Shown piece after piece: positions 11,217 through 21,252 of a DNA stretch of 64,000 nucleotides. This stretch comes from a phage: assembly GCA_025677605.1 (NCBI GenBank), contig GCA_025677605.1_4110.1. One strand, written 5' to 3'. Both the position numbers and the translations under genes were made by a program. The notes beneath the pieces were generated by a model. That model was given only the letters and a program-made list of their open reading frames with translations. It ran no database searches and was not told the origin of the DNA. How positions within the stretch are numbered: the first letter of the stretch is position 1; each line of letters opens with the position of its first letter.

Positions 11217-12725
11217 TTGGAGAACAAAATGGCATACAGAATGTGGAAAAAAGGTAGAACCAATGATTATAAATTCATAGATTCTGCCATTGCTGAACAA
11301 TACAATATTGGTGGCGTAGACATGTGGCTTTATGCCTTTGTCGGTGCTAAACCATCAACAACTCCTAACGACTATTCTTACGGTGGTGATTATATCACTG
11401 ATGGTTCCGCTGCGTCAAGTATTGGTGACCTAATTTTTGGTGAAACCTCAAATCGTAGTTACAATCTAGAGGCTATCACACTTAGTTGTGTTTATCAAGT
11501 ACAAGAAGCAACACCTGATTTAAAAATTCCTGGGTTGTTCTTTAACTTCAACACAATGGACATTACAGTTCATTATAACACAATGATGCAGCGATTGGGA
11601 AGAAAAATTATGCCTGGTGATGTAATTGAACTTCCAAACCTTCGTGATTTCGATGTTGTTGGTAAAGATTCAGGTTTAAACCGTTTTTACGTAGTTCAGG
11701 ACGGATTTAGAACATCTGAAGGTTACTCTGCAACATGGCAACATCACATTTACAAAATTCGTGTCAAACCTATTACCGATTCACCTGAGTACGCGGACTT
11801 ACTTACTAATAATGATTATCCAGACAACCCAGATGACCCAAATAATGGTAATGGTAACAGTGGTTCCAATGGTTCTTCACCAAACAGCAGTTATGATAAC
11901 GAAATGGATATCATGAACCGTATTATAATGCAAGCTGATGATGAAGTCCCTTATATCCACTTCACAAATGAACATATATACGATGATAGACTAGATACAA
12001 CCGATTTGTCAAAGTTTGTTCTTAATGGATATGACTTCCCAGAAGAACCAGCTAACAAAATGTACTTCTTGAAGAAAACTTTACCAGTACTGAAAGAGAA
12101 AGTCAACAATTCATGGGAAAATGTTTCAGTACCGTATGGAACAACGTTTCCACGTAAACCATCTGATGGTGATTTCTTCTATAAAGAGAATGATTCAGAT
12201 GTTACTGGATATTCCCTGTATCAATATGACAAATCTCTCAAAAAGTGGCTCAATTGTGACGTTGAATACTCAACTGGTGACGTTCCACCTAATAATGCTG
12301 AGGATTTTTACATTCAATATGAAAAACCAACAATGTACCAGTACTTAGATGGTACATGGCAAGTTCCACCAGATACACATGTTAACTTACCTTTCAGTTC
12401 GAACAGCGTGTATGGTAACATAGACTCACAACAAGATTCAAGACCTAAAATTCCACCCGCTCGTGGTACTGTGCAAGAAGGAAATACTTTCCCATCTGAT
12501 CCAACTGATGGTGAATACTTCTATCGCACTGATTACAACCCTGTAACTCTTTGGGAATACAGTGAAGTTAAAAAGTCTTGGGTAATCTTTGATTATGGTG
12601 GACGTAAACCGTGGGAAGGTGCAGATTTAGCCCTAACCGAGTTCGTTAACAGTCCTAATCGTGTCCCATTACACGACGCGGCAAAACCAAACACTCTATA
12701 CCGTGCAAAAGGGGATAAAGAATGA
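11217..12725 (+). CDS. Hypothetical protein, possibly baseplate/tail
   Basis: 502-aa ORF with GGAG RBS; stop overlaps next start (ATGA), suggesting translational coupling. No motif recognised. Confidence 0.75.
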   Translation: MENKMAYRMWKKGRTNDYKFIDSAIAEQYNIGGVDMWLYAFVGAKPSTTPNDYSYGGDYITDGSAASSIGDLIFGETSNRSYNLEAITLSCVYQVQEATPDLKIPGLFFNFNTMDITVHYNTMMQRLGRKIMPGDVIELPNLRDFDVVGKDSGLNRFYVVQDGFRTSEGYSATWQHHIYKIRVKPITDSPEYADLLTNNDYPDNPDDPNNGNGNSGSNGSSPNSSYDNEMDIMNRIIMQADDEVPYIHFTNEHIYDDRLDTTDLSKFVLNGYDFPEEPANKMYFLKKTLPVLKEKVNNSWENVSVPYGTTFPRKPSDGDFFYKENDSDVTGYSLYQYDKSLKKWLNCDVEYSTGDVPPNNAEDFYIQYEKPTMYQYLDGTWQVPPDTHVNLPFSSNSVYGNIDSQQDSRPKIPPARGTVQEGNTFPSDPTDGEYFYRTDYNPVTLWEYSEVKKSWVIFDYGGRKPWEGADLALTEFVNSPNRVPLHDAAKPNTLYRAKGDKE

Positions 12726-14065
12726 AAGTAGAATACTACTATGATGGTCAATTTCGTCGAGTACTGAAACATCTTATCAGGATTTTTGGTGGGTTTCAAG
12801 TACAAAATGGAGTTGATGACGAAGGTAAACCAAGATACAAGCAAGTTCCATGTAGATATGCAGATATTTCACGTTTGGCTGCTGCTGTTATCAATGGTAA
12901 CAGTGAGAACGTAATGCCTACTGCACCGATCATGACTATTAGTGTGAATCAATTGAAATTGGATCGTAAAAGTATTCGTTCAAATGCGAACGAAACTATT
13001 ATTATGGGGACAAATAAGTCCCCTGCACCAAATGAATTCACTCCTGAGTTGGATAAGCAGTATAAAATAACAAGACATAACCCTGTACCTTGGACATTTA
13101 CATTTGATTTAAACATATGGGTTACACAACTGCAAACAAAAATGGAATTATATGAGCAAATCAGTACATTGTTTGCTCCAAGTGTTCAATTGCAACTATC
13201 TGATAACCCATTAGACTGGACGGCACAAAGTGATGTGGAATTAATTGACTGTCAATTCAGTACTCGTGGATTTCCACAAGGAACTGATACTGAACTTGAT
13301 ATTATGGTTCTTACATTTGAAACAACTATATGGTTATCATTACCTGCTATCGTTGAAAAGCCAAAGCTTATACAACAGATAACAACTAATATAGAAAGTG
13401 GTCGTGATGAATTGGATTTTGAAATAGGAAACTATCAGGATATAATTACTGATGTATTCACTCCTAAAAATTTATGCATCAAAGTTGAAGAAATAACAGA
13501 AGCATCGGATAAAAACGCAGATACTTATGTCCTTACATTGGTAAGTCAAAGTATGAGTGAGAGAACATCCAACGGTGGTATATATTCTTGGGAGAAATAT
13601 ATTCAGTACTTAGAGCCTGAATACAAAGATAAGAAACTCGGTATTAAATTCCAACAAGCAATCGAAGAAAGTAATCCTTTGCGTGGAACTATAATATCAA
13701 TGGGACACGAAGATAAGGCAAACAAGATTGTTGTTCAATTGGATAGTAGTAATTATGTTGTCGATTACTCTATCATAGCGTTGATATCTAAAGATGCAGA
13801 ATTGTATTCAGCTATACCTGAACAATATTATGTAAATAATAGTGCAAGAGATTTAATTTACAAAGACACAGTTATTCCACCAAATTATTTGTTCAAAATA
13901 ACGAATGAAGGTGCTGAACTAATTGAACCGTCTTCAGTACTTAATTATGTTTACAATCGTCAAGATAGTCACTATTATAGATACAATGAAAAATTCAAAT
14001 GGCATAAGAGTATTATGTCGCAATACCGTCAGGGATATTGGAAGATATCATTCACTGACAAATAA
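12722..14065 (+). CDS. Hypothetical protein, possibly baseplate/tail
   Basis: 447-aa ORF overlapping the upstream gene by 4 nt. No motif recognised. Confidence 0.75.
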   Translation: MKVEYYYDGQFRRVLKHLIRIFGGFQVQNGVDDEGKPRYKQVPCRYADISRLAAAVINGNSENVMPTAPIMTISVNQLKLDRKSIRSNANETIIMGTNKSPAPNEFTPELDKQYKITRHNPVPWTFTFDLNIWVTQLQTKMELYEQISTLFAPSVQLQLSDNPLDWTAQSDVELIDCQFSTRGFPQGTDTELDIMVLTFETTIWLSLPAIVEKPKLIQQITTNIESGRDELDFEIGNYQDIITDVFTPKNLCIKVEEITEASDKNADTYVLTLVSQSMSERTSNGGIYSWEKYIQYLEPEYKDKKLGIKFQQAIEESNPLRGTIISMGHEDKANKIVVQLDSSNYVVDYSIIALISKDAELYSAIPEQYYVNNSARDLIYKDTVIPPNYLFKITNEGAELIEPSSVLNYVYNRQDSHYYRYNEKFKWHKSIMSQYRQGYWKISFTDK

Positions 14066-14074
14066 GGAGGATGT

Positions 14075-14539
14075 ATGAATGAGGCAGTAGGAGCAATATT
14101 TTTATCTAAAAGTACTGGTCATATGATGCTCAATCTTAGATCTGAAAGCAGTACCTATTCAAACAACTGGGCTTTTGTTGGTGGAAAACTCGAATACAAC
14201 GAATCCCCTTTGCAAGCTTTGCATCGTGAAATACGAGAAGAATTGGGAGATTCGTTACCTGATATAATTGATATTATACCCTTTGATGTATTTTGTACTA
14301 AGAATGGTAAGTTCAAATATTATTCTTTCGTTGTTGTTGTTGAAAATGAGTTTGTTCCTATTCTCAATAAGGAAAGCTCTGGATATGCTTGGGTTAAAAT
14401 TGGCTCATGGCCTAAACCTCTTCACCCTGGAGCTAAAAATACATTATTAAATGTCAATTTGATGAAAGATTTTTATTCTTTATGGGAAAGTATAAACGCT
14501 GGTACACAATTTGTCAATAGTCTACCATATAGATATTAA
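14075..14539 (+). CDS. Nudix hydrolase
   Basis: Nudix box GGKLEYNESPLQALHREIREELG; AGGA RBS upstream. Confidence 0.8.
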   Translation: MNEAVGAIFLSKSTGHMMLNLRSESSTYSNNWAFVGGKLEYNESPLQALHREIREELGDSLPDIIDIIPFDVFCTKNGKFKYYSFVVVVENEFVPILNKESSGYAWVKIGSWPKPLHPGAKNTLLNVNLMKDFYSLWESINAGTQFVNSLPYRY

Positions 14540-14540
14540 A

Positions 14541-14567
14541 AAAAGGAGCCAATGGCTCCTTTTTCTT
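14541..14567. terminator. Bidirectional intrinsic terminator
   Basis: A-run, GGAGCC-AAT-GGCTCC hairpin, T-run, between convergent genes. Confidence 0.75.
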
Positions 14568-14572
14568 TTGTA

Positions 14573-15670
14573 TTACACACCAATAATAGGAATACCAGTT
14601 ATATTAAGCAGTACTGAAGCCTGAAGCTTAACACTTTGACCAGTTCCTAAACCGGAAATTGAACCATCAACACGGAAACCTAAATGTTTATTAGTATTGA
14701 GTGAGTTGATAACCCATGCTTCATAATCAGTCTTCGTCATTCCACCTGGATTTGGAATTGTTGGGTCCACACCATTAACTACCATATTAACATCCCAAGT
14801 TGGTTGTGAACTGGTAATAACATCTTTAATAACTTCCAGACTTGTAATTCTACGTGGATCTGGAATCTCACTACATGGGATAGAACCAGGAACAAAAGCA
14901 CCTTCATTGTCAATATAGAATTGACCTTTAATGATAAATGTCTTGGAGTTGAATGGTAAAGAAACAACTTCACCAGTACTATCCTGTACTTCACGAATCA
15001 TAATCTTCAAATCATAGAAATAGTTACTTCCGAATTGGAAAACACCATTACCATTACTAAATGATGTCCAGTTGTCTGGATCTACCTTAGAACCACCACC
15101 TAAGTTGAAATATGCAAGTGTCTTAGTACTTTCAGTTTGGGTAAATTCAATATATTTTTTACCTAAATCATAGTTTATATCCAATAGTGATGAATATTCT
15201 TTGTTTTCAGGACGAGATGTTTGAATTTCACGCCATTCTTTGTTTTTCATCAAAACACGGAGTGAATCACCGTTATTTGTCAAAACCATACGACCCATAA
15301 CACTACTTTCGCCATCTGGGATGGTGTTGAAAATTGTGATCATTGGGATTGATGCCCAATCTGCTTCAGAAGCAGTATCTATTGGTTGACGAGCGTTATC
15401 TACTAGAGAAATAAGTAGTTCACCTATGTTACCAGTGTTTTTATACCAAATTTGTCCTTTAACACTACCACGTGGTGCAGATGGACCACTAAAATGCTCA
15501 ACTAAGTGTAGAAAGTTTTCGTTCCATGCTTGACCATAACCAACCTTATTACGCCCAACTAAGTTAATAGGAACTGGGTTAGTACCTGGTTGGTTAGGAC
15601 CAAGGATAACGTTGTTTGGAATGGAAGCATAAACGCTTCCATCACTGCGATATATAGTATAATTATTCAT
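14573..15670 (-). CDS. Putative tail fiber/baseplate protein
   Basis: 365-aa ORF in the fiber module; G/N/T-rich N-terminus typical of fiber proteins. Function inferred from context. Confidence 0.7.
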   Translation of the reverse strand: MNNYTIYRSDGSVYASIPNNVILGPNQPGTNPVPINLVGRNKVGYGQAWNENFLHLVEHFSGPSAPRGSVKGQIWYKNTGNIGELLISLVDNARQPIDTASEADWASIPMITIFNTIPDGESSVMGRMVLTNNGDSLRVLMKNKEWREIQTSRPENKEYSSLLDINYDLGKKYIEFTQTESTKTLAYFNLGGGSKVDPDNWTSFSNGNGVFQFGSNYFYDLKIMIREVQDSTGEVVSLPFNSKTFIIKGQFYIDNEGAFVPGSIPCSEIPDPRRITSLEVIKDVITSSQPTWDVNMVVNGVDPTIPNPGGMTKTDYEAWVINSLNTNKHLGFRVDGSISGLGTGQSVKLQASVLLNITGIPIIGV

Positions 15671-15680
15671 TTACCACTCC

Positions 15681-16295
15681 TTACTGTAGTTGTACACGAA
15701 CAGTATATTTTATTTGTAAAACACGGTTCGCACTTTTCTCTACTGGGTGGAAAATAATATGAGATAACGGCATACCATTATCACCATCAGTATATAAACC
15801 CAATTCATCAAACACGTAAGTACCGTCCATGTTAGTACTTGAACTTGTATTCTGGTCTACTGGTTCACCTAGTCCCAAAGTACAAATACAAACGATATCG
15901 GTGTATGCTTGACCTGGAATATGAACAGTTGTGATGTTATTATATTGTGAATCAATGCTACTTGAGATTCGTGGGTTTATTTTCTTCAAATATGTTTGTG
16001 AATATAGACCACCAAATGAAGTTACACGTGGTTTTTTGTATGTTACACGCCCAGTACTCAATACTACAGTACCACCGTTACCAAAACGCATTTCTGATAT
16101 TGAACCAACTGGGATACCAGAACTATCTTGGTTATATGCTAGTGCGTTAGCGATTGCAGTACTCATGTTTTCTGGGTGAATTGCGTTCGATTTATCGAGC
16201 ACAATTTTTTCATTCGCAGGATCAGTAACGTCAGTAATTAGTACATGACCCTTAACGAACAGTTTTGGTTGTTCTGTTTCTAATTTCATTTCCAA
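15681..16295 (-). CDS. Hypothetical structural protein
   Basis: 204-aa ORF tightly packed with neighbours. Confidence 0.7.
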   Translation of the reverse strand: MEMKLETEQPKLFVKGHVLITDVTDPANEKIVLDKSNAIHPENMSTAIANALAYNQDSSGIPVGSISEMRFGNGGTVVLSTGRVTYKKPRVTSFGGLYSQTYLKKINPRISSSIDSQYNNITTVHIPGQAYTDIVCICTLGLGEPVDQNTSSSTNMDGTYVFDELGLYTDGDNGMPLSHIIFHPVEKSANRVLQIKYTVRVQLQ

Positions 16296-16298
16296 TCC

Positions 16299-16796
16299 TT
16301 AAAAGTTTATTAAAATTTCTTCAATTTTTCCAGCCATACTCTTTTGAATATCAGTTGGATTCTGACTAATGTAATTACGGTCGATGCCAACTTTCAAATA
16401 TGTAAAATTACCAGTTAGTGTTTCTGCAAATGTGCCAGTTGTACCATGCTCAAGCATACTATCGCCATTATTTGGGTTGTAAATTCTGGTATCAGTAAAT
16501 TCCAGATAATAATTACATGATTCGGTAAATTTAATCGGGAACCAATCATCATCAGTTGGGTTACTAGCTAATGTTGCTAACACATAAATTCTTCCAATAA
16601 ATTCACGTAATGTGAAGGAAATTGTATGTAGACCAGTTGTACTACCATAGTAGCCACCGCTTGCCATTGGTAATGTCACTTCGTTCCAGTGATAATCGTC
16701 ATTTGATGGATACCAACTATCAGAATCTGGAAAATCCTGAATAGCTCCATCTTTTCCTTTGCGTTTGAAAAGAAAATTCTTTGATCTTAAAGCCAT
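16299..16796 (-). CDS. Hypothetical structural protein
   Basis: 165-aa ORF; ATAAATA-like late-promoter motif upstream on the minus strand. Confidence 0.65.
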   Translation of the reverse strand: MALRSKNFLFKRKGKDGAIQDFPDSDSWYPSNDDYHWNEVTLPMASGGYYGSTTGLHTISFTLREFIGRIYVLATLASNPTDDDWFPIKFTESCNYYLEFTDTRIYNPNNGDSMLEHGTTGTFAETLTGNFTYLKVGIDRNYISQNPTDIQKSMAGKIEEILINF

Positions 16797-16905
16797 TGTT
16801 AAGCCCTTTTGTGTAGTGAACTTTCATTTATTTATTATTGGTCTTCGTTGCTGCATTGAACAGATAAATATTCCTATATGATAACAATTCATAAAGGGAA
16901 TAATT

Positions 16906-18033
16906 ATGACAATTTCATTCAACAATGGGTCTGGCGGTTCATGTAACAATTCTGGTATTAAGAGTTTAGTAATTAACTCTGCTGGTCATTTGATTGTAAC
17001 ATTCGCTGATAATACAATACAAGATTTGGGTCTAGTCGTTGGACATGACGGTACTAATGGTAAAAATTTCTATCCTGATGATGTTGGTATGGAAATACCA
17101 GACGGTACATTTGCAGTTGATAAACCAGAAGGTTGGTGTTATTTAAGTCTAGCAAATGGAACTGCAAAACTATATTTTAAAACAAATGATGCTGGTGTAG
17201 CACCAAGTACTTGGAACACAGTAGAATTTGGTAAAGGTGATACTGGTGCACCAGGTAAATCATTTAAAATTGATTCTTCTGGTCCTGTTTTCCCAACCAC
17301 TGGTCTATTTGACCAATATACTTTCTATAATACTTCCGATGGTAAAGTGTATTTTTATAATCAAAAAGCTGGTTCATGGAGTAATGGTATTGATTTCCGT
17401 GGTGAACAAGGTCCACGTGGTCGTTTCCATATTGACAGTGATGGTCCTGCTTTCCCAAGTATTGATAACTTACCAGAAGATTATTGCTTCTATAACACGA
17501 CTGATGGAAAACTATATTACGTAGATATTAATAAGCAAACCACCCCTCCAACAAAAGAATGGAGTGAAGGTATTGAGTTCCGTGGTAAAGATGGTGAACC
17601 TGGTCCAGAAGGTAAGCAAGGTGATCCGGGTCAGAATGGTAAAGATTCAATTATCGTTGTAAACACGATTGATCATTCATGGACCAACGCAGTATTGGTG
17701 ATCGGTACATGCCCAGCAGGTTATGTAGTAACTAATATTGAAGTTGATATCACCCAAGCTTATATTGACCCTGTAACTGAAATGCACATTCGTGTAGGTG
17801 GGGAAGCACAAGAAGATATCGGTGGTACTATTATTGCACCAGTTGATTATTTTGATATCAACCGTGCACTACGCTTTATCGTTAATGAAACAAACCATGA
17901 ACCGTCAGCAGAAGATGAAATCATTGCTTGTGTTTTTAATGAATCAGTTAATAACAGTAATTATGGTCAAATGAAAGTAATTTGTACTCTAGCATGGCAA
18001 GCACCAATCCAACCAATTGAAAACAACATCTAA
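16906..18033 (+). CDS. Tail fiber protein with short collagen-like Gly-X-Y runs
   Basis: GKGDTGAPGKSF, GEQGPRGRF, GKDGEPGPEGKQGDPGQNGKD triplet runs; GATAAATA motif about 45 nt upstream. Confidence 0.75.
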   Translation: MTISFNNGSGGSCNNSGIKSLVINSAGHLIVTFADNTIQDLGLVVGHDGTNGKNFYPDDVGMEIPDGTFAVDKPEGWCYLSLANGTAKLYFKTNDAGVAPSTWNTVEFGKGDTGAPGKSFKIDSSGPVFPTTGLFDQYTFYNTSDGKVYFYNQKAGSWSNGIDFRGEQGPRGRFHIDSDGPAFPSIDNLPEDYCFYNTTDGKLYYVDINKQTTPPTKEWSEGIEFRGKDGEPGPEGKQGDPGQNGKDSIIVVNTIDHSWTNAVLVIGTCPAGYVVTNIEVDITQAYIDPVTEMHIRVGGEAQEDIGGTIIAPVDYFDINRALRFIVNETNHEPSAEDEIIACVFNESVNNSNYGQMKVICTLAWQAPIQPIENNI

Positions 18034-18046
18034 GGGGGATTGATTA

Positions 18047-20218
18047 ATGGCAGTTTTTTCTAACTTTGAAGGGACAATGAAAACCAAGTTTATACTTGGT
18101 AAAAATGGGGCATTAATTAATTATGCTAACAATTCCCTGTCTATTACAGATAGTTTCGGAAGCATCTTATTGCCCGTACAAGTTGGTGAACCGATTAATG
18201 ATAATTCAGCGATTACTGCAAAGTATCTCGCTGACCACCCAACTGTATTATTTGGGAATGAAATCCCAGATAATAGTCTTGGTAAGGATAATTATACTTA
18301 TTTGCAATTAGACCAAGAAAGTGGTGGTATCCTAGATATTTTCGCTAAGAAGAATGGTGCATGGATAAAATCAATGTATGTTAATACTAAAGTATTATCC
18401 AGTACTAATGGTTCTGATTATATTGGTTTGGTTTCTGGTGGAACACTACAACAAGCTTTGTATTATATAACACCTGAAGAATTTGGTGCTATCGGTGATG
18501 GTATTGCTGATGATACTGACGCAGTTCAAGCTTGTGCTGATTACGCTAAAGCTCATGATATCCAAATACAAGGTAAAGGTGTTTATCGTTTATCCAAAGC
18601 AATATATTTTGAAAATATTGAATGGTATGGTGGAACATTAACTGGCACTGGTAAAACAATGATATCAGCAACCAACTGTAAAATACAAGGGGCAAACATT
18701 GCTCGTAGTTATATTCAGTTTTCTGGTGGTAATGGTAAGTTCTATTTCAACCGCTTTTATGGTACAACATTCACCTGTGCATTCTTTATGCGTGATTTAA
18801 CTTCAGAAGGTATTCTCGACTTTTGTTTCAATGAAATGTACGATGTTAACTTTGGTGTTCTACAGCAAGGTGGTAGTGGTGAAATAGTAAAATATGCTCG
18901 CTATGCATATAACCATATTCACGATATCTATGGTGATGGTATTGAATTAAACGTAGTTTCAAGACACTTCACTGATGGTCTAATCATTGAAGGAAACCAT
19001 ATTGAAAACGTTGATGGTACTAACGCTCCAATCCCACTATCAAACTGGGGTATCGGTATCGGTGTTGCTGGTAAAGGTCCATATGGAGTTGATATTCCAG
19101 ATAGTCAATATGTTAAAAACTTCACTATTGCTCGAAATAGAGTATATAACTGTCGTCAATGTATACACGTTGAAGTCGGTAAGAATTTTAATATAATAGA
19201 TAATGAGACATTTCCATCAACCACAATATCAACTGGAACTGGCTTAACTGCCGCAGGTATCATCACTTATGGATGTCAAGATTTTGTTGTTGACGGATTA
19301 ACTGGTCGCTATTTGGATGATCCAGCAACTGCACCAACAAACAGAATGATTAAATTTACATGGGGTGTTAACCCTGCTGATGCAACACACCAATATGCAT
19401 GGTATGCAGGTCCACCAAAAGATTTTAAAGTTCAAAACGTTTTCATTCCTGAATCTAGTATAGAAATATACACATCCGGTGCAAACGCATGGACTAACGA
19501 AACTGATATGCACAATATAACTTGTGAAAAATTATATTGGCGTGGATTACCATCATCATCAAAATTCAGTAAAATTTATACAAAAAATTTAGATGTAATT
19601 GGTCAATATCAAGATGGTGAAGGTGGTGGCGTTTATACCAGAACTAATTATACATATACCAGTTGGATTGGTAATATAGTTCAAGATGACGCTAATATAT
19701 CAAATTATTCATTCTCACGAATGTATGTTGATAGAATAGATCAATCTGGTAATAACTTCACGGTAACAACTGAAATAGATGGAACTGGTCACCGTGGCCC
19801 AGTACTGATACCAGTCACGGAGCAATATTATCTACCTTATGATGAATTCCCAGGTGGTAGATATTTCCCCAAAGGAACAATTTTACACAAACAATCTGGG
19901 GGTAAATATGTAGTAACAGTAGCTGGTGCATTCGTAGGAAAATATGAACAGCTTAAAGCAGCAGTAGTTGGTGCTAAAACTATTAGAACACATAACACTG
20001 CATGGGGTACAAACCAATATGCTAAAGCAGCAGGTACAAGAATTGTAATTCCTGGTGCTGGTGAAAATGGAACTGATCTCCACACTCATATAACACGAGC
20101 TACATACGTGGTCAACTCGGTATTTTGCATTGATATAGCAGATGAAATAAAAACTGCTTTCCCTGATGGGACTCCATTGTTAGCCGAATCCCCAATTACA
20201 TACATTACACTTCCATAA
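18047..20218 (+). CDS. Tailspike with pectate-lyase-fold polysaccharide depolymerase domain
   Basis: FGAIGDGIADDTDAVQACADYA motif typical of beta-helix depolymerase tailspikes; N-terminal ~60 aa shared with the next gene. Confidence 0.85.
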   Translation: MAVFSNFEGTMKTKFILGKNGALINYANNSLSITDSFGSILLPVQVGEPINDNSAITAKYLADHPTVLFGNEIPDNSLGKDNYTYLQLDQESGGILDIFAKKNGAWIKSMYVNTKVLSSTNGSDYIGLVSGGTLQQALYYITPEEFGAIGDGIADDTDAVQACADYAKAHDIQIQGKGVYRLSKAIYFENIEWYGGTLTGTGKTMISATNCKIQGANIARSYIQFSGGNGKFYFNRFYGTTFTCAFFMRDLTSEGILDFCFNEMYDVNFGVLQQGGSGEIVKYARYAYNHIHDIYGDGIELNVVSRHFTDGLIIEGNHIENVDGTNAPIPLSNWGIGIGVAGKGPYGVDIPDSQYVKNFTIARNRVYNCRQCIHVEVGKNFNIIDNETFPSTTISTGTGLTAAGIITYGCQDFVVDGLTGRYLDDPATAPTNRMIKFTWGVNPADATHQYAWYAGPPKDFKVQNVFIPESSIEIYTSGANAWTNETDMHNITCEKLYWRGLPSSSKFSKIYTKNLDVIGQYQDGEGGGVYTRTNYTYTSWIGNIVQDDANISNYSFSRMYVDRIDQSGNNFTVTTEIDGTGHRGPVLIPVTEQYYLPYDEFPGGRYFPKGTILHKQSGGKYVVTVAGAFVGKYEQLKAAVVGAKTIRTHNTAWGTNQYAKAAGTRIVIPGAGENGTDLHTHITRATYVVNSVFCIDIADEIKTAFPDGTPLLAESPITYITLP

Positions 20219-20235
20219 TAAGGAGATATTTCAAA

Positions 20236-21138
20236 ATGGCAGTTTTTTCTAATTTAGAAGGAACTTTGAAGAAGAAATTTATTCTAGGTAAAAATGGTGC
20301 ACAATTCACAACAAATGGTGATATTGTGCAAATCCAAGATTATTCTGGAACACGACTTCTTCCGGTTTCTGCTGGTGACCCAACCGCAAACACACACCTA
20401 GTAACCTTAGCATATTTTAATGCTCATGGTGGTAGTGGTGCAAGTGGTATTTTGCGTGGTGATATCGCTCCTGCTGATACACTAGGAACTGATGGTGATG
20501 TTTATTTTATGGTTGATGCAACCAACATCGTTCAAATATATATTAAAGACCTTGGGATTTGGAAACCATTTAATGGTGGTGGTCCAGTAACCGATAGTCC
20601 TTATGTAACTTCATTCTCTGTCCCTGTTGCAGCATTTGTTCTTATTCCTGGAACAGTCGATGAATATACATATACCATTCCTGAATCACAACATGACCGT
20701 GGTCGTGACATTTTAGTTCAAATGGAAGATACACCAACAGACGGTAATCCAAATATTCGTAGTGTGGTTAATTCCGAAATTACAGTGTCTGGATTTGGGG
20801 ATATTACAATTAAAATGCTTGGCCTCCCAGATGGTATTACTGAGGTTAAAGTTAATATTATAGGAGCAACCGCTATGACTACCCCATACGGAAAATTGAT
20901 TAACAAAGCAGACTGGATTGCTGCTGCTGATAAATTCACTTACACTGTCACTGCTGATACACATAAACAAAGTCCTGATTCTTTGTACGTGGCAATCTAT
21001 GGTAATGATGTACCTGGTTCAACAGCATCTGCACCGTTTGATTTGGTATTCGTGGATACACAAATTGATACAGATGGTAATGTTACTTTTGTATCTGATG
21101 AACAATTCAGTGGTAAGATTGTTATCGCTGGGAAATAA
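20236..21138 (+). CDS. Second receptor-binding protein sharing the N-terminal adaptor domain
   Basis: N-terminus MAVFSNLEGTLKKKFILGKNGA nearly identical to the start of 18047-20218; C-terminal part unrelated. Confidence 0.75.
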   Translation: MAVFSNLEGTLKKKFILGKNGAQFTTNGDIVQIQDYSGTRLLPVSAGDPTANTHLVTLAYFNAHGGSGASGILRGDIAPADTLGTDGDVYFMVDATNIVQIYIKDLGIWKPFNGGGPVTDSPYVTSFSVPVAAFVLIPGTVDEYTYTIPESQHDRGRDILVQMEDTPTDGNPNIRSVVNSEITVSGFGDITIKMLGLPDGITEVKVNIIGATAMTTPYGKLINKADWIAAADKFTYTVTADTHKQSPDSLYVAIYGNDVPGSTASAPFDLVFVDTQIDTDGNVTFVSDEQFSGKIVIAGK

Positions 21139-21145
21139 GATATAT

Positions 21146-21177
21146 GCCAGGTATGATGTCTTAGTGCCTGGCTTTTT
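21146..21177 (+). terminator. Putative intrinsic terminator
   Basis: GCCAGG...CCTGGC stem with a long loop, then TTTTT. Confidence 0.45.
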
Positions 21178-21252
21178 CATATATACAAATAAATAATTAC
21201 ATATTAACACAGTTAATAAGTATTTTAATTTTACCCAAATGGAGGGAAATGA

